Positions 37,503 through 46,765 of a stretch of 64,000 nucleotides of DNA are shown piece after piece. The stretch's first letter is position 1, and each line of letters starts with the position of its first letter. The DNA comes from a virus (taxonomy: Duplodnaviria > Caudoviricetes). The stretch covers positions 7,790 to 71,789 of IMG/VR virus record IMGVR_UViG_3300031414_000021; one strand, written 5' to 3'. The position numbers and the translations under genes are program-made. Below the pieces are notes generated by a model. The model had not been told where the DNA came from, searched no databases, and worked only from the letters and a program-made list of their open reading frames with translations.

Positions 37503-38159
37503 ATGGAAATCATGATTTCGTTGTCGTTCAAGCAAATAGAGCCGCCAATCGTTTCATACGATCCACAAAAGGCGCCACACGTTAACGACAACAGCAAGCC
37601 TGGCCAGGTGTTTGACCTGCACACGTTGCAGCAAATGAGCTATCTGGACATGAAGAAGGTCAGAGGTGATGCAGGCGCAAAGTACGCTAAGGTAATTGCG
37701 CAGTGGCTAAATGGACAACGTAACATCGAGGTCAAGTTCCGCGTTTCACGACGCAGCAAGATATCGATCGAGGTTAAGAACACCAAGCAGCTTGCAGCAC
37801 GTTACACAGAGGTCTATCTCCTGAGTCCAGAAAAGACTAAATCGAAAGATTGGGAATTGATAGGCACTGGGCCTCACGGCAATGAGAACGTTGTGCAGCT
37901 TGGTGGTCGTATGCAACCTGATGTGTTGTATGCAACGGCACGCAGTATGCTGGGCGCTCACCTGCCTACAGAAGAATGGCCAGGTGACAGCACCCGAGAG
38001 CAAGTAATCGCCAAGTTTGATAAGCAGCGCAAAGAACATCGCACTGTTCCTGACCGCGCTTACAAGTATGTCAACAACAACGAAACCCAATTGATCACCA
38101 TGATGCAAGATGGCATGAGCATTGATGAGATTGTGGCTTGGGTATTAAACCAATACTGA
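37503..38159 (+). CDS. ISLS-motif protein (MEIMISLS)
   Basis: GGAG RBS before ATG 37503. Confidence 0.75.
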   Translation: MEIMISLSFKQIEPPIVSYDPQKAPHVNDNSKPGQVFDLHTLQQMSYLDMKKVRGDAGAKYAKVIAQWLNGQRNIEVKFRVSRRSKISIEVKNTKQLAARYTEVYLLSPEKTKSKDWELIGTGPHGNENVVQLGGRMQPDVLYATARSMLGAHLPTEEWPGDSTREQVIAKFDKQRKEHRTVPDRAYKYVNNNETQLITMMQDGMSIDEIVAWVLNQY

Positions 38160-38167
38160 GGAATCCT

Positions 38168-38863
38168 ATGAGTATCATTTCTATCTCGGCCACAAAAGCC
38201 CAAAAAGATGGCGCCAAGTATCTGTTCGGCACTAAGGGTGAAAGCATCCTTGCTGTGCTGGAAGCCCTGTCGAAAGCCAAAGAGCTGCGTAGCTCACACC
38301 TGAATGGCCTGATCCTTATGCTGAAAGATGCAGAAGATGACGAGCTGATCGCGTTCAAAAACAGCGCTGGTGGCAAGCGTACCATTGAAGCTGCCAAGCT
38401 GTTGGCAACTGCAAAGACTTTGGGCACCAGCCTTCAGGGCTTGCGTAAGGTCAAAGTGCCAAGCAAGTGGATTCAAGATCACGACGATGCAAAAGCTGCT
38501 GGCGCCACTGAGACCAAGACTCATAAGGCTACTGGCAAAGGCACTCGTCCCCAGAAAGCAGAGCAGGTCGCTAATCCGCAGGCACCTGAGCCTGAAACTG
38601 TTGCTCCTAAATCGACTCCTAATACTGGTAAGTTCAAGTATTACTTCACCGTGGATAACGTGAAGCGCGCAGGTCTCGCTGCACGAGTCGATGCAGCCAT
38701 TCAGAAGTTGCATCCAAGTGTCATCAAAGAAGTTAACGGTGACTTTGTGGAATACTCTGTTCGCACCAAGCGCGAACTCAACGAACTTGCTGAGGCAGCA
38801 GGCATCGAGATCAGCGACAAGGGTGTGGCTACTTCCGCCAAATGGTTTAGCTCAAAAAAGTGA
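38168..38863 (+). CDS. protein with ISLS-like start (MSIISISA)
   Basis: GAGGA RBS; K/A/T-rich linker. Confidence 0.75.
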   Translation: MSIISISATKAQKDGAKYLFGTKGESILAVLEALSKAKELRSSHLNGLILMLKDAEDDELIAFKNSAGGKRTIEAAKLLATAKTLGTSLQGLRKVKVPSKWIQDHDDAKAAGATETKTHKATGKGTRPQKAEQVANPQAPEPETVAPKSTPNTGKFKYYFTVDNVKRAGLAARVDAAIQKLHPSVIKEVNGDFVEYSVRTKRELNELAEAAGIEISDKGVATSAKWFSSKK

Positions 38864-39243
38864 CCAGCGAGCCTGCTTCAAAAACGAATGGTAAGTCCCA
38901 GACCGCGCTGGTGGACGAACTCTCCGAAATGCAGCCTCGCAAGTACGCCAAGTTAAGTCAGCCTAATCAGTATGCTTACATGGAAGCACTGCGTGATATG
39001 GTGCGCAACGCTGTGCCTAGCAATCAGAATATTCAAATCCTGGTTCCAGAAGACGGCCCATGTTTGAGTATCGGTAACGGCAAACGCAAGACCTATACAT
39101 TCTTCGTCAAAGGCAATAACTGGGTGCGTCAAAGCAGCTCTGACAAATCCACTGTAAGCCTGGGCGATTCTCTGGATGTTGCGGAATTGATCGAAGCAGC
39201 GCACGAAACTGCCAAGACTTCCAGCATTGTCTCAACGCGTTAA
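38860..39243 (+). CDS. hypothetical protein
   Basis: GTGA overlap. Confidence 0.65.
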   Translation: MTSEPASKTNGKSQTALVDELSEMQPRKYAKLSQPNQYAYMEALRDMVRNAVPSNQNIQILVPEDGPCLSIGNGKRKTYTFFVKGNNWVRQSSSDKSTVSLGDSLDVAELIEAAHETAKTSSIVSTR

Positions 39244-39248
39244 AACCA

Positions 39249-39277
39249 AAAGGGTGGCCTCAGGGCTGCCCTTTTTC
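39249..39277 (+). terminator. intrinsic terminator
   Basis: AAAGGGTGGCC...GGCTGCCCTTTTT. Confidence 0.7.
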
Positions 39278-39508
39278 CATTCAGTCACAAAAATTTACAT
39301 ACCAATCATAAATAACCTAGTCCAGCCCCATGCCTGCGTACTCTACTGATCACCTGCCCCATGACCACTATACACGGCCTGGACTAAGACCATTCTTAAT
39401 AGCTGCTGGTACTGCCTACTATAATTGAATACCACTCATTTTGATTTCTCGTTAATATGTAGTGCGGGCAAGCTACCCGCGCAATTGACTATTAATGAGG
39501 AATATTCC

Positions 39509-41353
39509 ATGATCGAAGTAAACAGCTTTGCAGAACTGCGAACCACTGCTCCTGCTAAAGCGGGTGATACAGCCTACCTGACGCGTTACTACGACAAGGA
39601 CAGCAAGTTCCGAGGCGGCGGCTGGTTCATCGGCTATCCACAGAAGAACGTACCGAAAGATGACGGCGGTATCTATGCTGTGGGTAAAGACGGCAAAGGC
39701 AATCCGTTCTTCTGGCAGCGTGTTGTTGATGACCCGACTAACATCAACATCCTGCACTTCGGTGCACGCCTTGATGGCAAGACTGATGATGCCGATGCGT
39801 GGCTGCGTAACTTCATGTGGGTTTTCAACATGAAGGACGGCAGTGACACTCTTGGTGTTTGCATTCCATCAGGCCCTATCCTGTTAAGCCCTATCGACCT
39901 CACCAACTTGGGTGAGATTCCAGTGTTCGCCCTTTATGGTGATACTCGTTGTACTAAAGGCTGGCGCCCGCGTGTCAAGATTATCAGTAACCAATCTGAC
40001 AAGCAGGTGTTCAAAGTTAATGCCCGCCGTACAATCATCAAAGGCCTGAACTGGAACGGTCAGTGTGTTGCAGTCAAAGACGGTAAGAAAGTTGACGTGG
40101 CGACTATCAAAGGCGCAGTAATGCCAGCGAACCGCTCGAACAACCAGATCTTCTTTGAAAACATCTGTACCATGGGCCAGTACGTGGGCATCGACTGCGT
40201 TCGTGTGGAGAACACCGGTGGTTCAGCGTTGAAGTTCCAGGACACCCTCGACACTTCAATCACTGAGATCTACGGCAGCAAACTCTTTGGTGCTGCTATC
40301 GAAGCCAAGTGGTCTGACACAGTGCAGGCAGGTTGGAACCACTCGACCGCTGTGCGTCTTGAGAACGGTAACTTCCAGTACGGCTACGGCCCTGCTGTGT
40401 TGGATATGCCACGTATGACTCAGGCGTTCATGAAGAATATCTGGATTGAGCACACGCGCTTCCCAGGTAATCTGAATGACGGTCAGTGGGTGCTTGAAGG
40501 TAACTCAATTGAGAGTTCTGACAACCCAATCAACTTAGCCAACACCCGCTGTGTGATCAACGGCTACTACTTCCAAGGTCAAGGCACCATGACTCTGGAA
40601 CGTAAGGCTAGCTCAGACAACTGGCTGTCAGGCTATGAACGTGGTAACATCCGCACTGAGACTTACGGCATCATGATGACCGATGCTTGCTTCCGTGCTG
40701 GTTACTACACTGGCTACAAGATCACGAACAACACCGACCAAGACAAGTGGGTGTACATCGGTGACTTCGCCTTCATGAAGATGAACCAGATCTGGGAAGT
40801 CGAGTTCCTGGGCAAACGTGGCGGTGTTGTTCCTAACGCACGCAGCGAACAGCCAGCTCAGATGAACGGCATGGGTCGTCGTGTTATTACCATGCAACGT
40901 TGTAATGCACCGCAGAAGAAAGTCTATGCGGACATGCGCATGGAAGGCAGCGATGCAATCCTTGATGTTGTGTACCAGCGCCTGTGGGATACCCATGCTA
41001 AGGTGTTTGTTAAACTGGCGGCCAACAGTGGCGACACTATCTTCAACCTGACTACCAACGGTCCAACACGCTTTGAAGAAGGCATGTGTACCTTGTACAG
41101 CGAAGGCCCTGTAGATTGTGTTGACCCGCTGTTGTCTGAAATGACCACCTGTGTCGAGAAGAATCAGAAAGACTACGCTCGTCCACAGGCACGTTTCAGC
41201 ATCCACAACGGCATTGCCGGTATTGGTGCTAACGAGCAGGGTGTTGTTACTCTGCAAACGGCAGAAGGCAAGGCGCCGAAAGACCCTGCCAAACCTGCGG
41301 GTTACACCACGCTTAACATCAATGGCGTGGACCGTGTTGTTCCCTACTACTAA
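39509..41353 (+). CDS. AmsF/WceF-like beta-helix (tailspike-fold) glycan-active protein
   Basis: EVNSFAELRTTAP..GGGWF head; NILHFGA..DG..DDA pectate-lyase-3-like start; C-terminal GIGANEQG...PAGY..NING..VPYY; family assignment recalled, not searched. Confidence 0.65.
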   Translation: MIEVNSFAELRTTAPAKAGDTAYLTRYYDKDSKFRGGGWFIGYPQKNVPKDDGGIYAVGKDGKGNPFFWQRVVDDPTNINILHFGARLDGKTDDADAWLRNFMWVFNMKDGSDTLGVCIPSGPILLSPIDLTNLGEIPVFALYGDTRCTKGWRPRVKIISNQSDKQVFKVNARRTIIKGLNWNGQCVAVKDGKKVDVATIKGAVMPANRSNNQIFFENICTMGQYVGIDCVRVENTGGSALKFQDTLDTSITEIYGSKLFGAAIEAKWSDTVQAGWNHSTAVRLENGNFQYGYGPAVLDMPRMTQAFMKNIWIEHTRFPGNLNDGQWVLEGNSIESSDNPINLANTRCVINGYYFQGQGTMTLERKASSDNWLSGYERGNIRTETYGIMMTDACFRAGYYTGYKITNNTDQDKWVYIGDFAFMKMNQIWEVEFLGKRGGVVPNARSEQPAQMNGMGRRVITMQRCNAPQKKVYADMRMEGSDAILDVVYQRLWDTHAKVFVKLAANSGDTIFNLTTNGPTRFEEGMCTLYSEGPVDCVDPLLSEMTTCVEKNQKDYARPQARFSIHNGIAGIGANEQGVVTLQTAEGKAPKDPAKPAGYTTLNINGVDRVVPYY

Positions 41354-41367
41354 AAGTGAGATTAATC

Positions 41368-41829
41368 ATGTCTTATAAAGTAGAACTTCCAGTGTTAACC
41401 TCTGGCAGTAACGAGCTTCCAGATGAGCTGAAACAGTTTGTTGATGCGAACAACATCACCTACACAATCGGCGACGCGAGTTCGGACCGCAGCATTGTGA
41501 CCTTTGAGTCTCAGGGCCGCGATCAGTTGCAGAGCATGATTGAACAGGTCTATGCGCCTTCGAAAGAAAGCGAATGGTCACAGTTCACTTCTCAGATCAC
41601 GGCAGAAGGCGTAGACGCTGGCCAGGAATCTTACCTGACTCAGAGTTCACGCGAAGTTCCGCCGCACGTTGATGACGATGTTGAGCCTCAGCCAGAAGCA
41701 GACTTCCTTGAACAAGAAGACGAAGTTGAAGCCGAGCCGCAGTCAGACGAACCTGTCGATGAGCCTATCAGTTCTCAGACCATCGCCAGCGACGTTGAAC
41801 GTGACGACGCCAAGCCTGAGCAAAAGTAA
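41368..41829 (+). CDS. acidic protein, N-terminal domain paralogous to 42159-42419
   Basis: ORF; D/E/P-rich tail. Confidence 0.75.
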   Translation: MSYKVELPVLTSGSNELPDELKQFVDANNITYTIGDASSDRSIVTFESQGRDQLQSMIEQVYAPSKESEWSQFTSQITAEGVDAGQESYLTQSSREVPPHVDDDVEPQPEADFLEQEDEVEAEPQSDEPVDEPISSQTIASDVERDDAKPEQK

Positions 41830-41844
41830 TCTGTAGATAAGTTT

Positions 41845-41871
41845 AAGGGCTGCCTTCGGGTGGCCCTTTTT
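41845..41871 (+). terminator. intrinsic terminator at the boundary of the early region
   Basis: AAGGGCTGCC-TTCG-GGTGGCCCTTTTT. Confidence 0.8.
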
Positions 41872-41950
41872 CAGTTCCTACACAAATCTCCGGCAGACCT
41901 TAAACAGGGTTAAACGTGCTTAGTCTTGGAAGTCTCCAGAAGCCCACTAT

Positions 41951-42006
41951 TCAGCAAATCTGCGGCTGAAATATTCAGAGAAATAGCTTGCCATGAAACG
42001 TAGATT
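41951..42006 (+). promoter_or_regulatory. early promoter, extended-element class
   Basis: TCAGCAAATC...GCTGAAATA-N4-GAGAAA-N17-TAGATT. Confidence 0.5.
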
Positions 42007-42158
42007 ATGATACGCCAATCGTCTGAAAAATAAAATCAAAAATGTGTTGATCTGACGTGCAGACGTGATACTATGCAATCTCAGTAACACGCAGCGACAA
42101 ACGCAGCATGTTGCATCGCTCTTTAACAATCAGACAATCAACTATGAGAGATCATGTT

Positions 42159-42419
42159 ATGAAAACTATGTTTAATTCTTTCGCTGTAGAACTCGACGTA
42201 ATTGCAGACGACGCACACGCCGTGCCTAGCGATATTATCGAATATTGCGAAGCAAACAACATCGGCGTTTTCGTTGCTAAGCGTGACGGCGTAGACAATT
42301 TGCCTGTCGTGTTTACGGCGCAACGCGAAGAAGATTTAAAAGAAATGATCAACACAGTTTATGAGACAGAAGATAAAGAGCAGCAAGAATTTTTCGCCAC
42401 TCTGATTCAGAAATTCTAA
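42159..42419 (+). CDS. small acidic early protein (paralog of the N-domain of 41368-41829)
   Basis: ORF track internal ATG; followed by a terminator. Confidence 0.7.
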   Translation: MKTMFNSFAVELDVIADDAHAVPSDIIEYCEANNIGVFVAKRDGVDNLPVVFTAQREEDLKEMINTVYETEDKEQQEFFATLIQKF

Positions 42420-42472
42420 TAAACTTCTCAGGCGATGGCACAAGCTGTCGCCTTTTTCTTTTGAGGCAGAAA

Positions 42473-42916
42473 ATGAAAACTCTTTTCATTCGTTGTGACG
42501 CAAAAAGTTTCTATCAGGGCCGTGTAGAATTGCGTGCTGTGAATTTGAAACGTGCTGCTGATATTGATCGCCTAGTGTTTTGCGTTTTTGATCGTGACGT
42601 GTTATCGCGTACAGTTCAAATGCGCCAAGTAAGCATCGAACATGTGGCACACAACGGCGAATCGCTTTGCTATGCGTTTTGCTTCACTAGCGCCGACTAT
42701 GTTGACGTAGCGCTGACTGATAAAGAAAGCGAACGTCTGGCTCATGTGCGTAACAATCGCTTTTTCACAGAGACGCTAAAGCGTGTCGAAGTCGAATTGA
42801 GCCTAACGATTGAGCAAGCGCCTAAGCAACGTCAAACACTCGAAGCGTACACAGTAGAAGAATTGCTGGCGCACCTCAGACAGCGCCTGAACGCCAAGAT
42901 AACAGTTGAGCTATAA
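42473..42916 (+). CDS. hypothetical protein
   Basis: GAGG RBS; followed by hairpin 42921-42950. Confidence 0.7.
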   Translation: MKTLFIRCDAKSFYQGRVELRAVNLKRAADIDRLVFCVFDRDVLSRTVQMRQVSIEHVAHNGESLCYAFCFTSADYVDVALTDKESERLAHVRNNRFFTETLKRVEVELSLTIEQAPKQRQTLEAYTVEELLAHLRQRLNAKITVEL

Positions 42917-43019
42917 GCACAAGGGGCCACTCGAAAGAGCTGGCCCCTTTGCTGTTTCAGAATCAGAATTTGCTCAGACCAGACTTATCTCAAATCGCTG
43001 TAAATAGACATAACTCAAA

Positions 43020-43075
43020 TCAGCAAATCGCTGGTCAAAATATGTGTTGAAAACATGGCGATTGTCAAGCACTAT
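43020..43075 (+). promoter_or_regulatory. early promoter, extended-element class
   Basis: TCAGCAAATCGCTGGTCAAAATA-TGTG-TTGAAA-N17-CACTAT; 25-nt near-copy at 46445. Confidence 0.6.
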
Positions 43076-43134
43076 ATAGACTCACGACGCAGCTTGTGGG
43101 CTGTGTCACTAATCAACATACATGAGGCAGCACA

Positions 43135-43467
43135 ATGACAGACGAACGCTTTGCAGGTCAGATCGACGCAGAACAAGTCGAAACAGCAAACGCACTGATC
43201 AAACGCATTAACCCGCAACTGCCGAAAGGCGTTAAGCTGATTTTCTTCTCTGCCGAAGAGAGTGGCTTAGACTGTGGTATGTTGATGGTTGCCTATTTTG
43301 ACGAGAATGGCGAAGAGACAGGCGACTGGGGATGGCACATTGATCTTCCTGATGCGTCCGGCCGTTACACATTCACCTACGCAGGCAATTACTGCCACGA
43401 GAAAGAAGGCACGGTTGAGGGAACTGATCAGGCCTTGATTGAGAAAATCAGCTCACTGGAATTTTAA
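43135..43467 (+). CDS. hypothetical protein
   Basis: GAGG RBS. Confidence 0.7.
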   Translation: MTDERFAGQIDAEQVETANALIKRINPQLPKGVKLIFFSAEESGLDCGMLMVAYFDENGEETGDWGWHIDLPDASGRYTFTYAGNYCHEKEGTVEGTDQALIEKISSLEF

Positions 43468-43516
43468 TACGTGTGGCCTTGCGGGGCCACATCAACTCAA
43501 CTGTTGGAGAATCGCC

Positions 43517-43957
43517 ATGTACTTTAAATCGAAAAAGAACGCCGCTGAATATGATCAGCAAACTGCCAAGTATTTCATTCGCATGGCACTCGCCCTGCAA
43601 ACTGCCATGTATAAGCAATACGGCCGTGACGATCTCGCAGTTGAAATCGAATATAGCGGTTTGACTGAAAGCCAGCACCCAGCAGAAGATTCTGTGCCTG
43701 ACGACAATCGCCCGTACATTGTTATCACAAACACGGAACGTGAAGACGAGCATACACAAGGCTATCGCCTTAACATTGATACGGTTATAGTCGCCTTCCC
43801 GTCTGCTATAGGCAAAGAGCGTGGATTAGACGAACGTTGGTTTGTTACTGCCATGTCTCCTGAGTGTAGCAGTATGCGCAGTGTTGCGCTTGCTAATGAC
43901 ACTACCAGCGACCGTATGCTGTTGCGTCTTGCTACGACTGTTAACGCTCTTATCTAG
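43517..43957 (+). CDS. hypothetical protein
   Basis: GGAG RBS. Confidence 0.7.
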   Translation: MYFKSKKNAAEYDQQTAKYFIRMALALQTAMYKQYGRDDLAVEIEYSGLTESQHPAEDSVPDDNRPYIVITNTEREDEHTQGYRLNIDTVIVAFPSAIGKERGLDERWFVTAMSPECSSMRSVALANDTTSDRMLLRLATTVNALI

Positions 43958-44003
43958 CATACGGCAGGGCTTACGGGCCCTGCTCTTTACTCGGAGTTTG
44001 ACC

Positions 44004-44231
44004 ATGACCAAGAAATTGACCAAACAGGACGTGCGTCCTATCATTGTTGCGTATCTCGACAAGATCGAACAGACTGATGTTGAAATCAGCGACCGCCAAC
44101 GTAAGAGCACGCTGTACCATCACGTTGTCGATCTGCGTAACAAAATGCTGGCAGATTGGTTCTCGCCTGGTCAGGCACTGCGTTACTTGAAGCAGTATCA
44201 ACGCAAAAACAAAGACTTTATCGGAGAGTAA
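44004..44231 (+). CDS. hypothetical protein
   Basis: GGAG RBS. Confidence 0.65.
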   Translation: MTKKLTKQDVRPIIVAYLDKIEQTDVEISDRQRKSTLYHHVVDLRNKMLADWFSPGQALRYLKQYQRKNKDFIGE

Positions 44232-44233
44232 GA

Positions 44234-44953
44234 ATGAAAACAGCACCCGCCGTTAGCGATGAACGCAACTTTAAGATTGAAGGCATTGACGACCTGTGCC
44301 GCGAACTCAAATCAAATCGTGCACCACGCGGCATGGCCCTGATGCGTAACAGCATCTGGCGTGAAGCCCGCGCGTTGCAGGCTGAGTTGAGCCATCGTCT
44401 GATTCTGAGTTTCGGCAATCCCGAATCCACATATAATGGCGATTACCCAGAAACAATCGCTGTGGCGCTGTATGAAACTGAATGTGAAATCTACGCCCTG
44501 ATTGAGCAGGCGATTCGTCTCGTTCTGCCTTCGTTCTACCAGAACACAATGAAAGAGCCTGTAGAGCCGCCAGTAAAGACTGCTGTGGAAAATGACAGCA
44601 ACGATACACTGCCGCTCCAAGGCAAAAAGCCCCGTAAATCAAACGTTCCTCAGATCACGCACAACAAAGGCGAGCCAGTAGTCGAATTGCTCAAGCTCGA
44701 TAGAAAGACTCTCGCTGACCTGAAATCATTCTGTGCTGGTAAGATATCAATGAATGAACTCACAGAGAACATGCAGGACGATCACAACATTGATATTGTG
44801 CGTGTGCGAGTGGCTACGCGACTCGATAAAACGTATGGCGTTAACATTGTGCCCAACGGCAACATCGCTTTTGATATTGAACGCACTGTGCATCATCATC
44901 GCGATAACAACGGCAACAAAATTGCCACTCACCTCGTCACTGTTATTGTTTAA
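44234..44953 (+). CDS. hypothetical protein
   Basis: GGAG RBS. Confidence 0.7.
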   Translation: MKTAPAVSDERNFKIEGIDDLCRELKSNRAPRGMALMRNSIWREARALQAELSHRLILSFGNPESTYNGDYPETIAVALYETECEIYALIEQAIRLVLPSFYQNTMKEPVEPPVKTAVENDSNDTLPLQGKKPRKSNVPQITHNKGEPVVELLKLDRKTLADLKSFCAGKISMNELTENMQDDHNIDIVRVRVATRLDKTYGVNIVPNGNIAFDIERTVHHHRDNNGNKIATHLVTVIV

Positions 44954-44963
44954 GGAATCCATC

Positions 44964-45557
44964 ATGAATCGTTACGGTCTGTTTGTACCCGTGCTGCACG
45001 CCGATGTGGCAAAACCTATTCGTCTGCGTATGGACGAGTCCGATATTGAGCTGGTGCATCGCGTGTTCATCTTAGGCATCGACCCAAGCCACGAGCCTCG
45101 TCTGTTCTTTGTAAACAGTGTTGATGCGATTATGGAATCGTTGGGTGACGGCACTACTGATCTAACGCTCTCTAATCCTGAAACGTATGAGCAGGCGCAG
45201 CGACCGTCGAATAGTTTGATTAACGCGACTATCGGCACGCGCTGCAACACCAGCTTTCCGGAAGGCTGCTACAACCTACGCGAACTGCCAGACAAATCTG
45301 AGTTCCTAGAGCCGACTCGTTTTACGGTGAAAGATCGCATCGCGTGGCAGGACACAACCAACCCAGAAGTGTTGCGTTATGTCTTTGGCTCATTCCCTAC
45401 TGCATTGCTTGAAGCAGAGCTGGAGCGTCGTCGTATTGAGAACGAGCAAGACGCAGAGCAAGACGCACACGAACTTGATGTGCGGGAGCAGGAGCAGGAT
45501 GAGTATGACGAACACCAGCGCCGTGAACTGGACCGTGAACGAGGCCGTCGCCAATGA
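44964..45557 (+). CDS. hypothetical protein with charged tail
   Basis: AAGGA RBS. Confidence 0.7.
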   Translation: MNRYGLFVPVLHADVAKPIRLRMDESDIELVHRVFILGIDPSHEPRLFFVNSVDAIMESLGDGTTDLTLSNPETYEQAQRPSNSLINATIGTRCNTSFPEGCYNLRELPDKSEFLEPTRFTVKDRIAWQDTTNPEVLRYVFGSFPTALLEAELERRRIENEQDAEQDAHELDVREQEQDEYDEHQRRELDRERGRRQ

Positions 45558-46108
45558 AAGATAATCACCTTGTCTTGCTGGTGGCGCAAGCAGACGCAGA
45601 TCGCCCCATTCGCATTCGTGCGCTGAATAGCGATATGGCGAACATCAAATATCTGACAGTCATTCTGGAATCTGATACTCGCCCACCACGACCTTTCAGC
45701 GTAAAGAAATGCCACCTGGTTGTCGAGTTGCTCCACCCTGTGATTCCTAACAGCGCTGAGTACGAATTCCACATTGATGAAATGGAACCGTATGTCGCAC
45801 GCAACACCGACGGCGCTGAGGTGAAGTTTCTCAAGAACAGCGGACGCTGGTACACACGACTCACGGACCCTGTGTTTAAAGCAGTGCCCGTGTGTGAGTT
45901 CACTACACACCTCATCAAGCTGGAGGATAATCCAAACAACTGGGTGCAGCAGGCACGACTCGAAGCATTCACCTGCCAGCAACTGTTAGACGAGATTGAA
46001 CGGCGCACAGCGGAAATCATGCTGCACCGTTCACTGTATGAAAGCCGTGACACGCCAGTGACTGACGCCGAGTGGCGCCAGTATGATGCACGACACTCTG
46101 GAGAATAA
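45554..46108 (+). CDS. hypothetical protein
   Basis: ATGA overlap; VKFLKNSGRWY. Confidence 0.7.
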   Translation: MKDNHLVLLVAQADADRPIRIRALNSDMANIKYLTVILESDTRPPRPFSVKKCHLVVELLHPVIPNSAEYEFHIDEMEPYVARNTDGAEVKFLKNSGRWYTRLTDPVFKAVPVCEFTTHLIKLEDNPNNWVQQARLEAFTCQQLLDEIERRTAEIMLHRSLYESRDTPVTDAEWRQYDARHSGE

Positions 46109-46111
46109 GCC

Positions 46112-46444
46112 ATGACCATCTTATACGTTCGTTGCACTGAGGGCCAGTTGTTGCGCCGTCGTGTTGAACTCAACTCCATGTATCACAAAAACATGCACCG
46201 TGTATCAAGCATCGTCCTGCTGGTACTGGATGCAGAGCATGGCGAATTGAAGTACGCGGCAGAAGTCAACGCAGCCAACATTGTTGTCTCGCCACGCAGC
46301 AACATGACCAGCCAGCTACAGATTGAAATCAAGCGCTATACCAAGCGCCCTCTGACTGAGCACCATCGCGCTTACGCCCGTTCATCGTATAAGCATATTC
46401 TAAGTCAAGCAGCACAACGCGCAGAGCTAAGCTGGTCGAAGTAG
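46112..46444 (+). CDS. hypothetical protein
   Basis: GGAG RBS. Confidence 0.65.
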   Translation: MTILYVRCTEGQLLRRRVELNSMYHKNMHRVSSIVLLVLDAEHGELKYAAEVNAANIVVSPRSNMTSQLQIEIKRYTKRPLTEHHRAYARSSYKHILSQAAQRAELSWSK

Positions 46445-46500
46445 TCAGCAAATCACTGGTCAAAATATGAGTAGAAACGATCAGAACATTCTGATAGACT
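46445..46500 (+). promoter_or_regulatory. early promoter, extended-element class
   Basis: TCAGCAAATCACTGGTCAAAATA-TGAG-TAGAAA-N17-TAGACT. Confidence 0.65.
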
Positions 46501-46561
46501 AATTAGGCAGCACATATAAACAACTCTACTCACATTAACTTTTCCAACACCGGGGAATATC

Positions 46562-46765
46562 ATGGCCGTCTTAGCAGCAATCGTTATCGCGCTTATCGTG
46601 TTGCTTACTTTCATCGCAGTTGTCCTGAGTATCGGACAGAGAGCGATTGTGGTTGAGATGGAACTTGAACTGGAAGAAGCACTGGAAGCCATCGCAGCGG
46701 CCCGTCGTTTCTACGAACGCCAATCCGTACATCACCTATTAATGAGAAGGGACTATGCCAAATAA
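46562..46765 (+). CDS. small membrane protein
   Basis: N-terminal TM helix, then coiled coil. Confidence 0.65.
   Translation: MAVLAAIVIALIVLLTFIAVVLSIGQRAIVVEMELELEEALEAIAAARRFYERQSVHHLLMRRDYAK

Noticed and set aside
43020-46470. 25-nt near-identical repeat as att site or element end
   Set aside because: No integrase or transposase is nearby, and the copies sit at fixed spacing to -35/-10 boxes, so a promoter element explains them better.
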